The notes under the pieces are model-generated. The model saw nothing but the letters and a program-made list of their open reading frames with translations, did no database searches and was not told the DNA's origin. Both the position numbers and the translations under genes were made by a program. A DNA stretch of 63,288 nt, counting the filler, from Reclinomonas americana ATCC 50394 (Eukaryota): the NCBI GenBank assembly GCA_048213135.1. It is 15 parts of 15 records of this genome, joined end to end, with 100 filler letters (N's around TTAATTAATTAA, not from the genome) between each part and the next. Parts side by side here need not be neighbours in the genome. Positions count along the whole stretch, not along the records: positions 23,851 to 25,869 come from AFZH01024033.1; positions 25,970 to 32,185 come from AFZH01024034.1; positions 32,286 to 39,100 come from AFZH01024035.1; 12 more parts are not named here. One strand, written 5' to 3'. This document shows, in pieces, positions 24,393 to 35,714 of the stretch (position 1 is its first letter; each line of letters opens with the position of its first letter).

Positions 24393-25572
24393 ATGACAAC
24401 AAAGGTGTGAATGTGTGCGCACTTTTGCGTGGTTGGTGTCTGTGCGTGCATTCGTGTGCTCGTGCATCGTGTGCGGTTGTTGTTTGTGTCGCTGTGCATG
24501 TGCGTCTCACTGCGAGTGATCGGCACAGATCATTCAGTGTCTCGCTGCGGTGTGGTCCGTCACCTTCACTCCCGATGGCAAACACATTGTTGGTGGGTGC
24601 GAGGACAAGACGATTCGAATATGGTCTCTGGTGAGTGGCAAAGAAGTGCGACGGCTGGTGGGACCCACTGATGTGGTGTTTTCTGTCGCTGTCACTCCAG
24701 ACGGCGAGCACATTGTCAGTGGGGGTCGAGACAACACAGTACGTGTCTGGTTGCTGGAGAGTGGCGTGGAGGTGCGACGGTTGGAGGGACACACCAATGC
24801 GGTGACATCTGTCGCCGTCACGCCTGATTGTCAGCACGTTGTCAGCGGTGGCTATGACAAGACAGTGCGACTGTGGTCGCTGGCGAGCGGGGAGGCTGTG
24901 CGACGGTTGGAAGGAGGCACTGGAGTGGTGTATTGTGTCACAGTCACTCCCGATGGTCAGCATATAGTGAGTGGCGGTGGAGACACCACCGTGCGAGTAT
25001 GGTCACTGCCGAGTGGGGAAGAAGTGGGACGATTAATATTAGAAGGACACACTGCATGGGTGCTTTGTGTGACAGTCACCCCTGATGGTCAGCACATCGT
25101 GAGTGGCGGTGGAGACAACACATTGCGGGTATGGTTGCTGGCAAGTGGAGAAGAGGTTCGCCGACTGGAGGGACACACTGACTGGGTGTCGTCTGTCACC
25201 GTCACTCCCGACGGCCAACATATCGTGAGCGGGAGCGAGGACAGCACCGTGCGGATGTGGTCTTTGGCGAGTGGCGAGGAAGTGCGGCGGTTGGAGGGAC
25301 ACACTGAATGGGTATCGTCTGTGGCGGTCTCTCCCGATGGTCTCCAAATTGTGAGTGCGGGTGGCGACGACGAGACCGTGCGAGTGTGGTCCACACCGCG
25401 TGGCCTTGCTCGCCTTGAGCTCGACGCCGCGCGCTCGGCCATGCGAGCTGTGCAGGAGATGCAGGAGGAGAGGAGTGCCACCGAGGATGAAGTAGATTCA
25501 CGGTGTCTTCCCGAGCTGGTTCTGCGCTGTTTCATCGTCGAGGATGCCGAGGTCGTCCTTTTCCGGTGCTGA
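24393..25572 (+). CDS. WD40 family copy 4 (MTTK micro-exon, intron 24405-24528; 7 WD40 repeats) + tail
   Basis: Same exon structure as copy 3; seven repeats counted in ORF 24550-25572. Confidence 0.9.
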
Positions 25573-26168
25573 GTTGGTGAGTCGGAGGAAGGGAAGGTGG
25601 CTGCTGTTGACTGGGAGTTGTTTTTTCGTGTCTTGCGAGGGAGAGTGGGTGGGGGAAGAGAGGACGACAGAGGAGGAGAGAGAGGTCGTTGTTGTGCTTG
25701 TTCCCCTTTCATGTGAATGATAGTCTGCGGTCGTGAAGCATGTCTCCCTCTGTGTGCGTGTCTCTTTCTCACCTCAATTTGTGTGTGTGTGCGATGAATC
25801 ACCTGGGAGTCTGTTGCGTTTTTTGTCTTGTTGTGAAGTCTGTTGTGTGTGCATCTTGTTCGTGCATGTNNNNNNNNNNNNNNNNNNNNNNNNNNNNNNN
25901 NNNNNNNNNNNNNTTAATTAATTAANNNNNNNNNNNNNNNNNNNNNNNNNNNNNNNNNNNNNNNNNNNNTCAAATCCACTGGTCAACCACGCTTGATGCG
26001 GTGAAGACTTGTTCGGAGCTCCGAGAGCGAACACACGCACACACAAGGAACCTGCTGCTGTCTCAAGACTGGTGTTAGTGTTGATGTTTGGATATGATTG
26101 GACTTGGTCATCAAGACGGCTGCCAGTTGGTGTATTGCTCTCGTATTGTCGTGACAACAACAGGTCAT

Positions 26169-29100
26169 TCACTCAACGAGAAATACTTCGTAGTCGGCCA
26201 CTTGGAACTGGTGCGATCCCATCAGTGTCGTGATGTCAAATGCTCCACCGTCGGTGCTCTGGTATGAGGTAGGATTGCTGCCGTTGCTGCTGTGGCTGTT
26301 GCAGTTGTCGTACAACCAGAGGTCATTGCCGGCTCCGAAGATGGGTCCATACCCAGAACCGACATATACGACCTTTTGGTCCTGCTTGTCCTTCAGTGCA
26401 AAGCGTCGCGCACTTGCACCACTCCACGATGCCGAAAACAGGAAGCTGGTGCCGGATGGATCGCCGACATAGCCGCCAGTAGACTGCCACGATACAGGCG
26501 TGTATCCGCCACACACTCGTCCCGTCGACGACTTCGCCACCGTCAGCGTTGGTCTGCACGCAGATACCCATCCATCAGTCAACAAGCAACAACAACAACC
26601 ACTCTCCTCCATAAATCACTCACCCACGATTATCACATCGCTGATGGAATGTGGCTGCGGCAAACCCATCTCGACTGCCCTTGAACAGCAATGTCAACTT
26701 GGGCACACTCCCTCCGCCTCGCGCTTGCTGCACCCACTGCAGCACCACTCGCGCATCCTCTGCACTCAGCAGATCGCTGTCGATCTTCCCCTCGACCAGC
26801 GGGCGCTTCTCTCGTTCCCTGGCCTCACGCTCTCGCTCCCTGGCCTCGCGTGCTCGCTCCTCCTGCTCTCTCGCCAGCCGCTCTCGCTTAGCTGCCTCTT
26901 GTTCCTGAATTGCTCGCTCTCGCGTCTCCAGCGGTTCGAGACGGGCAAGCAGCTGCAGATGTACACGCTGCAGAATGAGAAGATGCACAAGAATACTTCA
27001 CCGATGTACGCACAGGATACCTCTGCAACACCTCTCTCGAGAGCATCACGCAAACGCCGCTCTGACTCAAGTCGATCGGCGAAGCTAGCCTCAACAGCTT
27101 GTCTCACTTGTTCTTCTCGAATCAATCGAGCCTCCACAGCTTGCCTCGCCAGTTGCTCAGCGGCCAGCCGCTCATCCACAGCTTGCATCTCTGCCTGTCT
27201 AGTCATCTGCTCGCGAGCCAATCGATCATCGGCGACTTGTCTCGCCTCCCTCTCCTGAGCCACCAGCTGTGATAGCTCACGCACTCGGCCATGCAGCTGC
27301 ACGCACAATAATGAACCACATCAGCTGCATGCAGGACCAGCAGCATCCACTTCCCGTCATCCAAACTCACCTCCCGCAGCGGTCGCTCCACTCGCAACAC
27401 ATCACACACTCGCTCATGCTCCTCCCTCTCGCCAATGATCCCACGCCATCCACACCCCAATTCACCACCACGGCACATTGTGTGCTGCAGTCGGCACTCC
27501 GTTTCTGCCACAAGAGAACAATGAGACATCATATCAGTGCCATAACCTCCACACACCACCGTGCTCTTCAAGCACACTCACCAAGATGCCGCTGCATATC
27601 CGCCAGTGAACACCGCTGCTGACAACCACGAGGACACGTTCGCACGCACCCACTCCAGCTGTGCTCCACCATCTCACTTAGTGCCAGTCGCACTCCACAT
27701 CCGAGTGGACACTCCCGCAAGCATCCACTCCATTCATGTTCCGCTATGCGATCGAGTATCATCTGCTGTCCGCATCTCTCGCATGCATACGGGCACTGCG
27801 TCAGGGCGTGCGTGCGGTAATAGTCTCCCACAGTCTGTTGTTGTTTGGTACGATGAGTGGAAGGAGGCGAGAGACGCAATAGAGAGAGAGAAACTGAGAT
27901 AGAACACGAGGCAGTACGACAAAATGTTTGGAACAAAGAGAAGAACACACACGCAGAGAGAGAGAGAGAGAGAGCGAGCGAGAGAGAGAGAGAGAGCGAG
28001 CGAGAGAGAGAGAGGAAGAGAGGAGAGAGAGAGAGAGAGCTTTGGAGAGAAACAGACATCGATGCAGAGTGCAAGGCAGAACAATAGAGCGACGAACAGA
28101 GAAGAAAGAGAGGGGGGAGACAGAGCACGTGGGAGAGAGCAAGAGAGATTATAGCTCAATAAGCACACAAACCATGGGTGCGTGACACTGCGGGCATGTG
28201 ATCTGTGTCCCACCCACGTCAAGGGTCAGCAACAAACCACCGATACACGCAATGAACTGTAATCCCCCAACCTTCACATTGCCATAAGTCACCACATTCC
28301 GTCGCGGAGCCTCCTTCAGCGTGGCCAGCGATGTGACTCCGTCGCCACACAGATCCGATCCTGCCTCCGTCACGTGCTCACTGTGCAATTCGCGGCTCGT
28401 CAGTGCACAACACGGAGCACCCTGTTTGCCTTCTCCTTCTCTCACCGGCAAATGAAGTGCAGCTCGTGGGCGCACAGCACGAAATCCGGAGCACACAGAT
28501 CCTGCGGCGTAGAAGCGAGTCATGTTATGAACAGTGTCTGAACAGTACGGTGTCGAGGCAGAGAAGAGAAGAAGAAGGCGAATAGCACAAGCCAGAGCAA
28601 AGTGTGAAGGGGTTTCGCAAGGGTATGCGTGAGAGAGAGACACGAGACTCTGAGAACAATAAGGCGACAGGAGAGTGTGCACTGTGTGCCTTCACACGAG
28701 GTAAAACGGAGAGATAGATAGAAAGAGAGAGTGGAGGGAGGGAGCGAGAGGAGGCAACACACTGAGTGCAGGAGAGTGCAAGAGCGTTTGCAATGCGTGC
28801 TTTCACACGGGGTAAACGGACAGACAGATAGAGAAAGAGAGGGAGCGAGAGAAGGCAGCGCAGTGAGTGCAGGACAGGGCAAGAGTTCTGAAGGGTAAAC
28901 AGAGAGTGCGTGTGTGTGTGTGAGAGAGAGAGACGACACATTGAGAGAGAGAGAGAGCAGGAGCGTTTGGAATGCGTGCCTTCACACACGGGGAAACATG
29001 GAGTGAGAGAGAAGGATTGAGTGAGTGACTGAATGCATGCGCCGACTTACCCACTCTCTTCTCTCTTTTTGAGTCTCTCTCCCTCCCTCCCTCCCCTTTC

Positions 29101-29394
29101 CCTCACTCGCTCACTCACCAAACACACTGGACACAGATACTCGTCCGCCAACACTCGCGACTCTTGCGCGACATTCTCCATCCACAAACGCGGTGGCTTT
29201 GCATCCTCCTCCCCCTCCTCAGATGGACGACGACGATGCACAGCGCGCACCACACAAAACACATATTGTTCCTCGTCACTGAGTCGCATCACTTGCTGCT
29301 CGAGAACAATCTGACAGTCAGGAGGAGGAGCAGCAGCAGCAGAGGCAGAGCCACTGCCTTCACCCGCGCCCTCGCGCATGTCCTCGAAGCCCAT
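26169..29394 (-). CDS. RING-like + TRAF-type zinc fingers + coiled coil + C-terminal TLDc domain protein (multi-exon)
   Basis: LADEYLCPVCL|DLCAPDFVLCAHELHFICR|EH..; ITCPQC; HALTQCPYACERC..HEWSGCLRECPLGC..; GCGWRG..EEHERVC; EQ-rich coil; LLFKGSRDGFAAATFHQRCDNRG|PTLTVAKSSTGRVCGGYT..SW..GPIFGAGNDL..FQVADYEVF (TLDc). Confidence 0.8.
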
Positions 29395-30260
29395 GCAACC
29401 CTTGCTCCCTTGTTTGCGATGAATAGCATGGGGACTTTTCGTGTCCCGCAAAGATATAATGCGTTACGTCGAGACGCAGCAACGAAGGCCAGCGCAGCTT
29501 GTAAAAGGCGGTACTGCTCACGCAGAATCATCGCGTTCCACCGTCGCTCACTAACTCAGCAAGGAAGACGTCGCAGTTCCCATCACTGTGTTGGCGTTCA
29601 ACTATCCACCGTCGGTGCTCCGGTACGACTGAGGCGGGGCTGTGCCTGTTGCTGCACGGGTTGCAGTTGTTTCGCACCGTATCCAAGGTACGGTACCTTC
29701 GCCATCTGTCGTCCTATTGCGCAAAACGTCGCAAAGGCACAGCTCCACGAAGCAGGGAAGCGAAAGCTGAGAAGCTGAGACAGAGTGACAGCGAAGAACG
29801 CGATCTGCGATAACAACTTCTTCCCATGTCCGCTTCTGCTGCTGTTTTGGCGGAGGTGAAACAGTCAGGCGTTGCCCAGAATCCTGGTTGTCATGATACG
29901 TGCTGCAAGTCATGATGCATACCCTTCTTGCCAATCGCACTCTCCAGCTCCAGCACGCTCTCCGCCCACTCACATGCTCTCTTGCTCGATCCAGAACAAC
30001 CGTACTCTACCCGCTGTCAACCAATGCACTGCATTGAAGTAACAGTGCACACCCCATGTCCATGAAATTGCCACCAAAAAGGGGCAGTGGAACGAGTTTG
30101 GCTTGAAGGTGGCGGCAGTCGCTATCTTGTGTCAAGACATACGAGTGTTTCAAGGCATGGCTATGGCGGGCACCCCGTGTCCATACCTTGGCGCAACTGG
30201 AAAACAGGCCACGCTGACCCGTCTTGTCTCCCTTCCTGTCTCGTCCCCTTCACTCACCCA

Positions 30261-31330
30261 TCACACAAACCCCTCCATAATCGCACTCTCCAACTCCAAC
30301 ACACTCTCCACCGTGTCCACCCTCACAAACGGTATCTCCAAACTCTCCGCCGCCACCTGCTCCTCGTCCTCATCGCCGACGGCCATAAACTCCGCCGCCG
30401 CTCCATACCGCTTGTAAATGTCGCGAAACAGCTTGTACTTGCGCGTCTCCCGCGACGAGAACACTCGCGTGATGTGAAAGTGCGCGGCGTACCCGAAGAC
30501 CAGCAACTTGGCCAGCGTCGGCACCAGCTGCGCGGAGCTCACCGCCACGCAGATGCAATTCGGACTGCGCGTGAGAAGTGAGTGCTTCGTGTGACCCACA
30601 CAATAAGGGGTGTCACCCGCAGACGCAACTCCTGCTGCAGCATCTCCAACGCACGGCGCGTCGACGCCATCCACCCCTGGCACGCCGCATCGAGTTCCGC
30701 CACCGCCGTCTCACAGCTGGCCTGAATGCCGTCCAGCACCGCCTGCTCGCCATGCTGATACGCCACCGCCACTCGCGTCAGCGCAGCCGTCACTTGCGCT
30801 TCGTCGTCCACGCTCGCACCACACACGAGGCCGGTGACCTCCGGCGCCACCGCCGTGGCGTTGCAGTCGGCGAGTCGATCGGCGACGAACCGCAGCCGGT
30901 GCTCGAGCACAAACTCGACCAGTGCCTGCACACGCTCCGCCGCTAACCTCCCGCGCTCGCCGTGCCCGCCGTCCAGCGCTCGCGCAAACACCAACAACGT
31001 TTCATCCACGTCCCACAGCCACACTCGCACGCTGCGTCCGGCCACCCAGCGCGGCACCGGTTCCTCCAGCAGCGTGGCGGTGGTGGATTCGAAGGAGTGC
31101 TGCTCGTCGGTGCACAGTAGCAGCTCATCGATGGGCTCGGTGCTCAACACACCCCGCTCGCGCCAGCGTGCCACCATCACCAGCAGCAGTGGGTGTCTTG
31201 CGGAGGATGAAGAAGAGCGCAGCTGGCGCAGGCAGCGGAGGAGGAGGGTGTGGGCGAGGGGGGCCAGGCGGCGGGTGTAGGCCGGGTACAGGGAGTGGGA
31301 AAGGCGGTATATGTGTTCGTTTTCTGGGAG
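30261..31330 (-). CDS. EYA: Eyes absent (EYA)-family HAD phosphatase; 5' end uncertain
   Basis: VRVWLWDVDETLLVF (EYA motif I WDLDET); VSSAQLVPTLAKLLVFG..VFSSRETRKYKLFRDIYKRYG..AVGDEDEE..IPFVRV, co-linear with the EYA C-terminus. Confidence 0.85.
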
Positions 31331-31620
31331 GGAAAGGGGGAATGGGAAAAGAGGTGAGGGAGGAAGAGGGAGAAGGGGGGAGGGGAAAGGGGGTGGGGGA
31401 GATGCAGAAAGAGAGGAGAGAGAGAGAGAAAGGGTATGAGATGACGAGGAGCAAGGCATGGTGTGACGAGAGCACGAGGTAACATGCACAGCGACGCACA
31501 GAAAGAGCACAGAAGAGAGAAACAAGAATGAGCGAGACTACAGAACGAGAAGAAAGAAGCAACATCACAAAGAGAGTCGAGACAGACGGCGAATCGCAGA
31601 GAGATGCAAACATGCAGAGC

Positions 31621-31663
<43 letters not shown>

Positions 31664-32110
31664 CGAGAGTGTGTGCGCGGATGGGAGAGTGAGAACGGTG
31701 AGAACAGCGAGGGCAAGATTGTGCAGAGGGAACGAGATGAGGAGTGTAATGCAGTGCAAGACAGGTGCAGAGAGGCAGATAGAGGGAGAGAGAGGAAGTG
31801 AGAAGGGGGCAAGCGAGCAAGGGAAGGCACAGCACACGGGACAGACAGAGAAAGGAGACGGATGACATAGAGACACAGAGAGAGAGAGAACGGAGAAAGG
31901 GAGCGACTCGACGCACGAGACAGACAGTGTGATGGGGAGAGACAGAGAGCGTGAGAGACGATGAAGAAGAAGAGTGAGGCAAGAAAAGGCACAGCGCACG
32001 AGACAGACAGTGACGCAGCGAGATAGGGAGACAGAGAGAGAGAGAGACTGAGGAGGGAATGAAAGAGTCATGTATGCATTGATCAATCTCACTGCACTCA
32101 ATGCTCTCTG

Positions 32111-32182
<72 letters not shown>

Positions 32183-33050
32183 TGTNNNNNNNNNNNNNNN
32201 NNNNNNNNNNNNNNNNNNNNNNNNNNNNNTTAATTAATTAANNNNNNNNNNNNNNNNNNNNNNNNNNNNNNNNNNNNNNNNNNNNAAGCAGTATCGTCCA
32301 TTCAGTCTCTCTCGCTCTCTCTCTCTCTCTCTCCTCCCTCCTCTCTCTCTCTCTCACACACACGCACATACACTCTCACACTCCCATGTGGACGCCCTCG
32401 CTCCTTGCACCTTCTCCTCTCTGTGTCTCCCTTTCTCTCGCACTCATTCACTCACCTTCCCTCCCTCACTCACTCACTCTCTCACTCACTCCCTCACTCA
32501 CTCTCTCTCACACACACTCACTCACTCACTCACTCACTCTCTCCTTCTCTCACTCACTCACTCCCTCCTTCCCTCCCTCACGGACTCAGTCACTCACTCT
32601 CTCTCTTTCTCTCCTCCCTTCACTCCCTCCCTCCCTCATCACTCGTGCACTCACTCCCTCACTCACATTCACTCTCACTCACTCGCTCCTCACTCTCCTT
32701 GACATTCACTTGTCCCTCCTCCCAGCTTGCACTCCTCTGTTGCGCCTCTCACTCTCGCCTCATCCTTGCTTGGCTTCGTCTCGTTCTCGAACTGTCGCCA
32801 GCCCTCCTTGTTCGTTCTGCCCCCACACTGCACCCAGTGTCCCTCTTTCACGCACTCTCACTTTCCTTGCGCTTTTAACGCTCCCTCACTCTCACTCTCT
32901 CGCTGGCTCACTGCACTCTCTCATTCTCTTTCTTACTCGCTCACTCTCCCACCCTTACATTCCTCCCTCCCTCACCTCCCTTCTTTCCCATTCCCTTCCC
33001 CTTTACCCCCTTCACCCCCTTCCCCTTCTTACCTTCTCCCTCTTTTGCAG

Positions 33051-35586
33051 CACATGCCGAGCCACTACGACATCCCCCACGAAGACGTCTGGCTGCGAAC
33101 CTCCGACGGCGTCAAAATCCACGCCTGGTTCATGTCACCACACCTCCAATCGTCCTCCTCCAACACCTCCACCAACTCCTCCTCCAACACCAACGCCAAT
33201 GGTGGTGGCCACGGCGCCAGCAGCACGCGACCCACCATTCTCTTCTTCCACGGCAACGCCGGCAACATCGCCATGCGCCTGCCCAACTACCGCGACCTCT
33301 ATTTTAATCTGCAGTGCAACGTGTTTGCCGTGTCGTACCGCGGGTACGGGTTGAGCGAGGGCGACCCGACCGAGTCGGGGTTGAAGCGCGATGCGGAGGC
33401 CGCGCTGCACTGGTTGTTGACGTGTGGCAAGATCGATACGTCGCGGATTGTGTTGTTTGGGAGGTCGATGGGAGGGGCGGTAGGTGAGGAAAGAAAGGGA
33501 GGAGGGGGAGGGGGAAGGACGACCTATTTCAGTCACCTTGCTGGTCTCATTCTCTCGCTAAAAGGAAAGAAAGAGAGAGAGAGAGGAAAACCAGAAGGTC
33601 ATCTTCAGTGAGATTTCTGTTTCCTGAAGGTGGCAGTCTGTATCTCTCATGCAGGGAGAGGGAGTGTGAGAGTGAGATACAGAAATGCAGCCTCTTCTTT
33701 CACATCTCAGTTTCCTGTTGCTCGCTGCAGTGCACCTCTTACCAAAGGAAAGGGAGAGAGAGATGACACGCACATCCATTCTTGACGTTTCTGTTCCGTG
33801 CTGCACGCTTGCTGCATCTCTTCTTCTCACAGCAGAGCAAGGGAGGGAGAGGACAAGTAGAAGGCAACTTATCACTTGCTAAAGAAAGAGTAAGGGAGAC
33901 ATACAAAAGACAGCTCGCTTCTACTGCTTTTGTTTCTGCTCGCTGCTGCGCGTCTCTCTCTAAAAGTGCTAGGGAGATGTGAGGAAAACGCGGAACGACA
34001 ACTTCTCTCTGTTTTCTGCCGCTCGCTACTGAGTCTCTTCTTCGTTCTGAATAGAGAGAGAAAGTCAGAAAGACAACTTCTTGCTTAGTTTCCTGTTGCT
34101 CGCTGACTTGTGTCTCGATGTCTTGTTGACTTCTTGCGTGTCTCTCTCTCTCTCCCTCTTTTCCATTCTCGTCCTTTCATATCACCTCTCTCTCATCCAA
34201 CTCCATCTCTCTTTCCCTACTTTCCCCCTCTCTTCCCCCTTTACCCCTTCTCCTCACCCTTTCCCTTGTGTCCCACAGCACTGTCCCTCGCCGACGCCCA
34301 CCCAGAATCCTTCCGCGCGCTGATTGTGGAAAACACATTCACCTCCATCGACGACATGATCATGGAGACGTACAAGCCGCTGCGCTACATCAAGTGGCTC
34401 TCCGCCAACCGCTGGCGCAACATCGATGTCGTCGGTCGCCTTCGCCTGCCCGTGCTGTGGATTGCGGGCAAGAAGGACGATTTGGTACCACCGGCGCACA
34501 TGATGTCGCTGTTTGACTGCTGCACGGGGTCGTCGAAGAGTGAGCTGTTTGAGATGCCCACAGGTGGGTGGGGAGGAAGGGGGAGGGAGAGGTGAAGGAG
34601 GAGAGGGAAATCCGTTCCCCAATCTCTGCTTTGTTGCGCGACAGTTCGAAGGGGAGCGAAAGAGAAAAAGGAGTGGAAAGAATGAGACATGCAGAGGCCC
34701 TGTCTCCCACTTTTCAACTTCTCTCCTTCCCTCGTGAGAAAGGCGAGGCATAGACAGGAGGGGCAGAGAGAGAAGTGGGAGTGACTCTTTCTCTCTCCTA
34801 TTGCCTGAATTCTACTCTCTCCTTCTCTTCGCAAAATGGAGAGTGAGAGGCCTTGCATCTATTTCTTTTCCGAGTCCGCAGGTCGTCTGACGCTTCTGCT
34901 CATCTCTTCTACTTCCTGAATTCTACCCTCTCACCTTCTCTTCGCAAACTGGAGAGGGAGAGGCCTTGCATCTCTTTCTTTTCCGAGTCCGCAGTTCGTC
35001 TGACGCTTCTGTTGTCAACCTGTTCTGCATGCAGCTCATCTCTTCTATTGCATGAATTCTACCCTCTCTCCGTCTCTTCGCAAATGGTGAGGGAGAGGCC
35101 TTGTATTTCTTTTCCGAGTCCACTGGTCGTCTGACGCTTCTGCTCATCTCTCCTAATGCCTGAATTCTACCCTCTCTCCTTCTCTTCGCAAAATGGAGAG
35201 GGAGAGGCCTTGCGTCTCTTTCTGAGTCCGCAGGTCGTCTGACGCTTCTGTTGTTAGTCTGTTCTGCATGCAGCTCATCTCGCACTGTCTGTGCTCTGTT
35301 GCTACTTTCCCTCACTGCAACTTGCCTCATTGCCTCGTTCAGTTGTCTCCTTCTCGTGCCCCCTGTCTTGTTCCTTCCCCACCGCCCTTCCCTTCCCCTT
35401 CATCCTCATCCTCTCCCCTCATCCCTTCGCCTTCCCCCTCACCCTTCCCCCTCACCCTTCCCCATCATCCTTAACGCCCTTTCCCTTCCATCACCCTTCC
35501 CCTCTCGCGCAGCCGGCCACAACGATTGCCCATCACATCCAGGCTACTACCAGCGCATTTACCGCTTTTTGCGAGAGGTCATGTGA
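33051..35586 (+). CDS. ABHD13: ABHD13/BEM46-like alpha/beta hydrolase (exons ~33051-33483, ~34280-34563, ~35512-35586; 5'-truncated)
   Basis: LRTSDGVKIHAW, ILFFHGNAGN, SYRGYGLSEGDPTESGL, FGRSMGGAV (Ser), LIVENTFTSI, GKKDDLVPP (Asp), GHND (His). Confidence 0.88.
34790..35285. repeat. Intronic minisatellite, ~110-135-bp unit x4
   Basis: gagaggccttg...gagtcc...tcgtctgacgcttctg recurs at ~34845, 34959, 35093 and 35202. Confidence 0.85.
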
Positions 35587-35714
35587 CTCACCGAAGGAGG
35601 CACCCTGTTTGAAACAATGATTGATGTTCGATAGAGAATTAAAAAAACAAACAACCCCATTGTTTAGCTCGCACAAATTAGTATCTCTATTAAGTTGGGT
35701 TTCTATTGGCACGG

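Larger units (their letters stand above)
19426..25869. repeat. Tandem segmental duplication (~3-kb unit): 19426-21040 ~ 22290-23750 ~ 25573-25869; 21043-21780 ~ 23851-24540
   Basis: Long co-linear similarity in the non-coding flanks of the WD40 genes, e.g. gcattgcccgttgtcgaccgtcacctcactcactcggctccc at ~20318 and ~23195, and gggatggacgacgtctca at ~21515 and ~24289. Confidence 0.9.
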
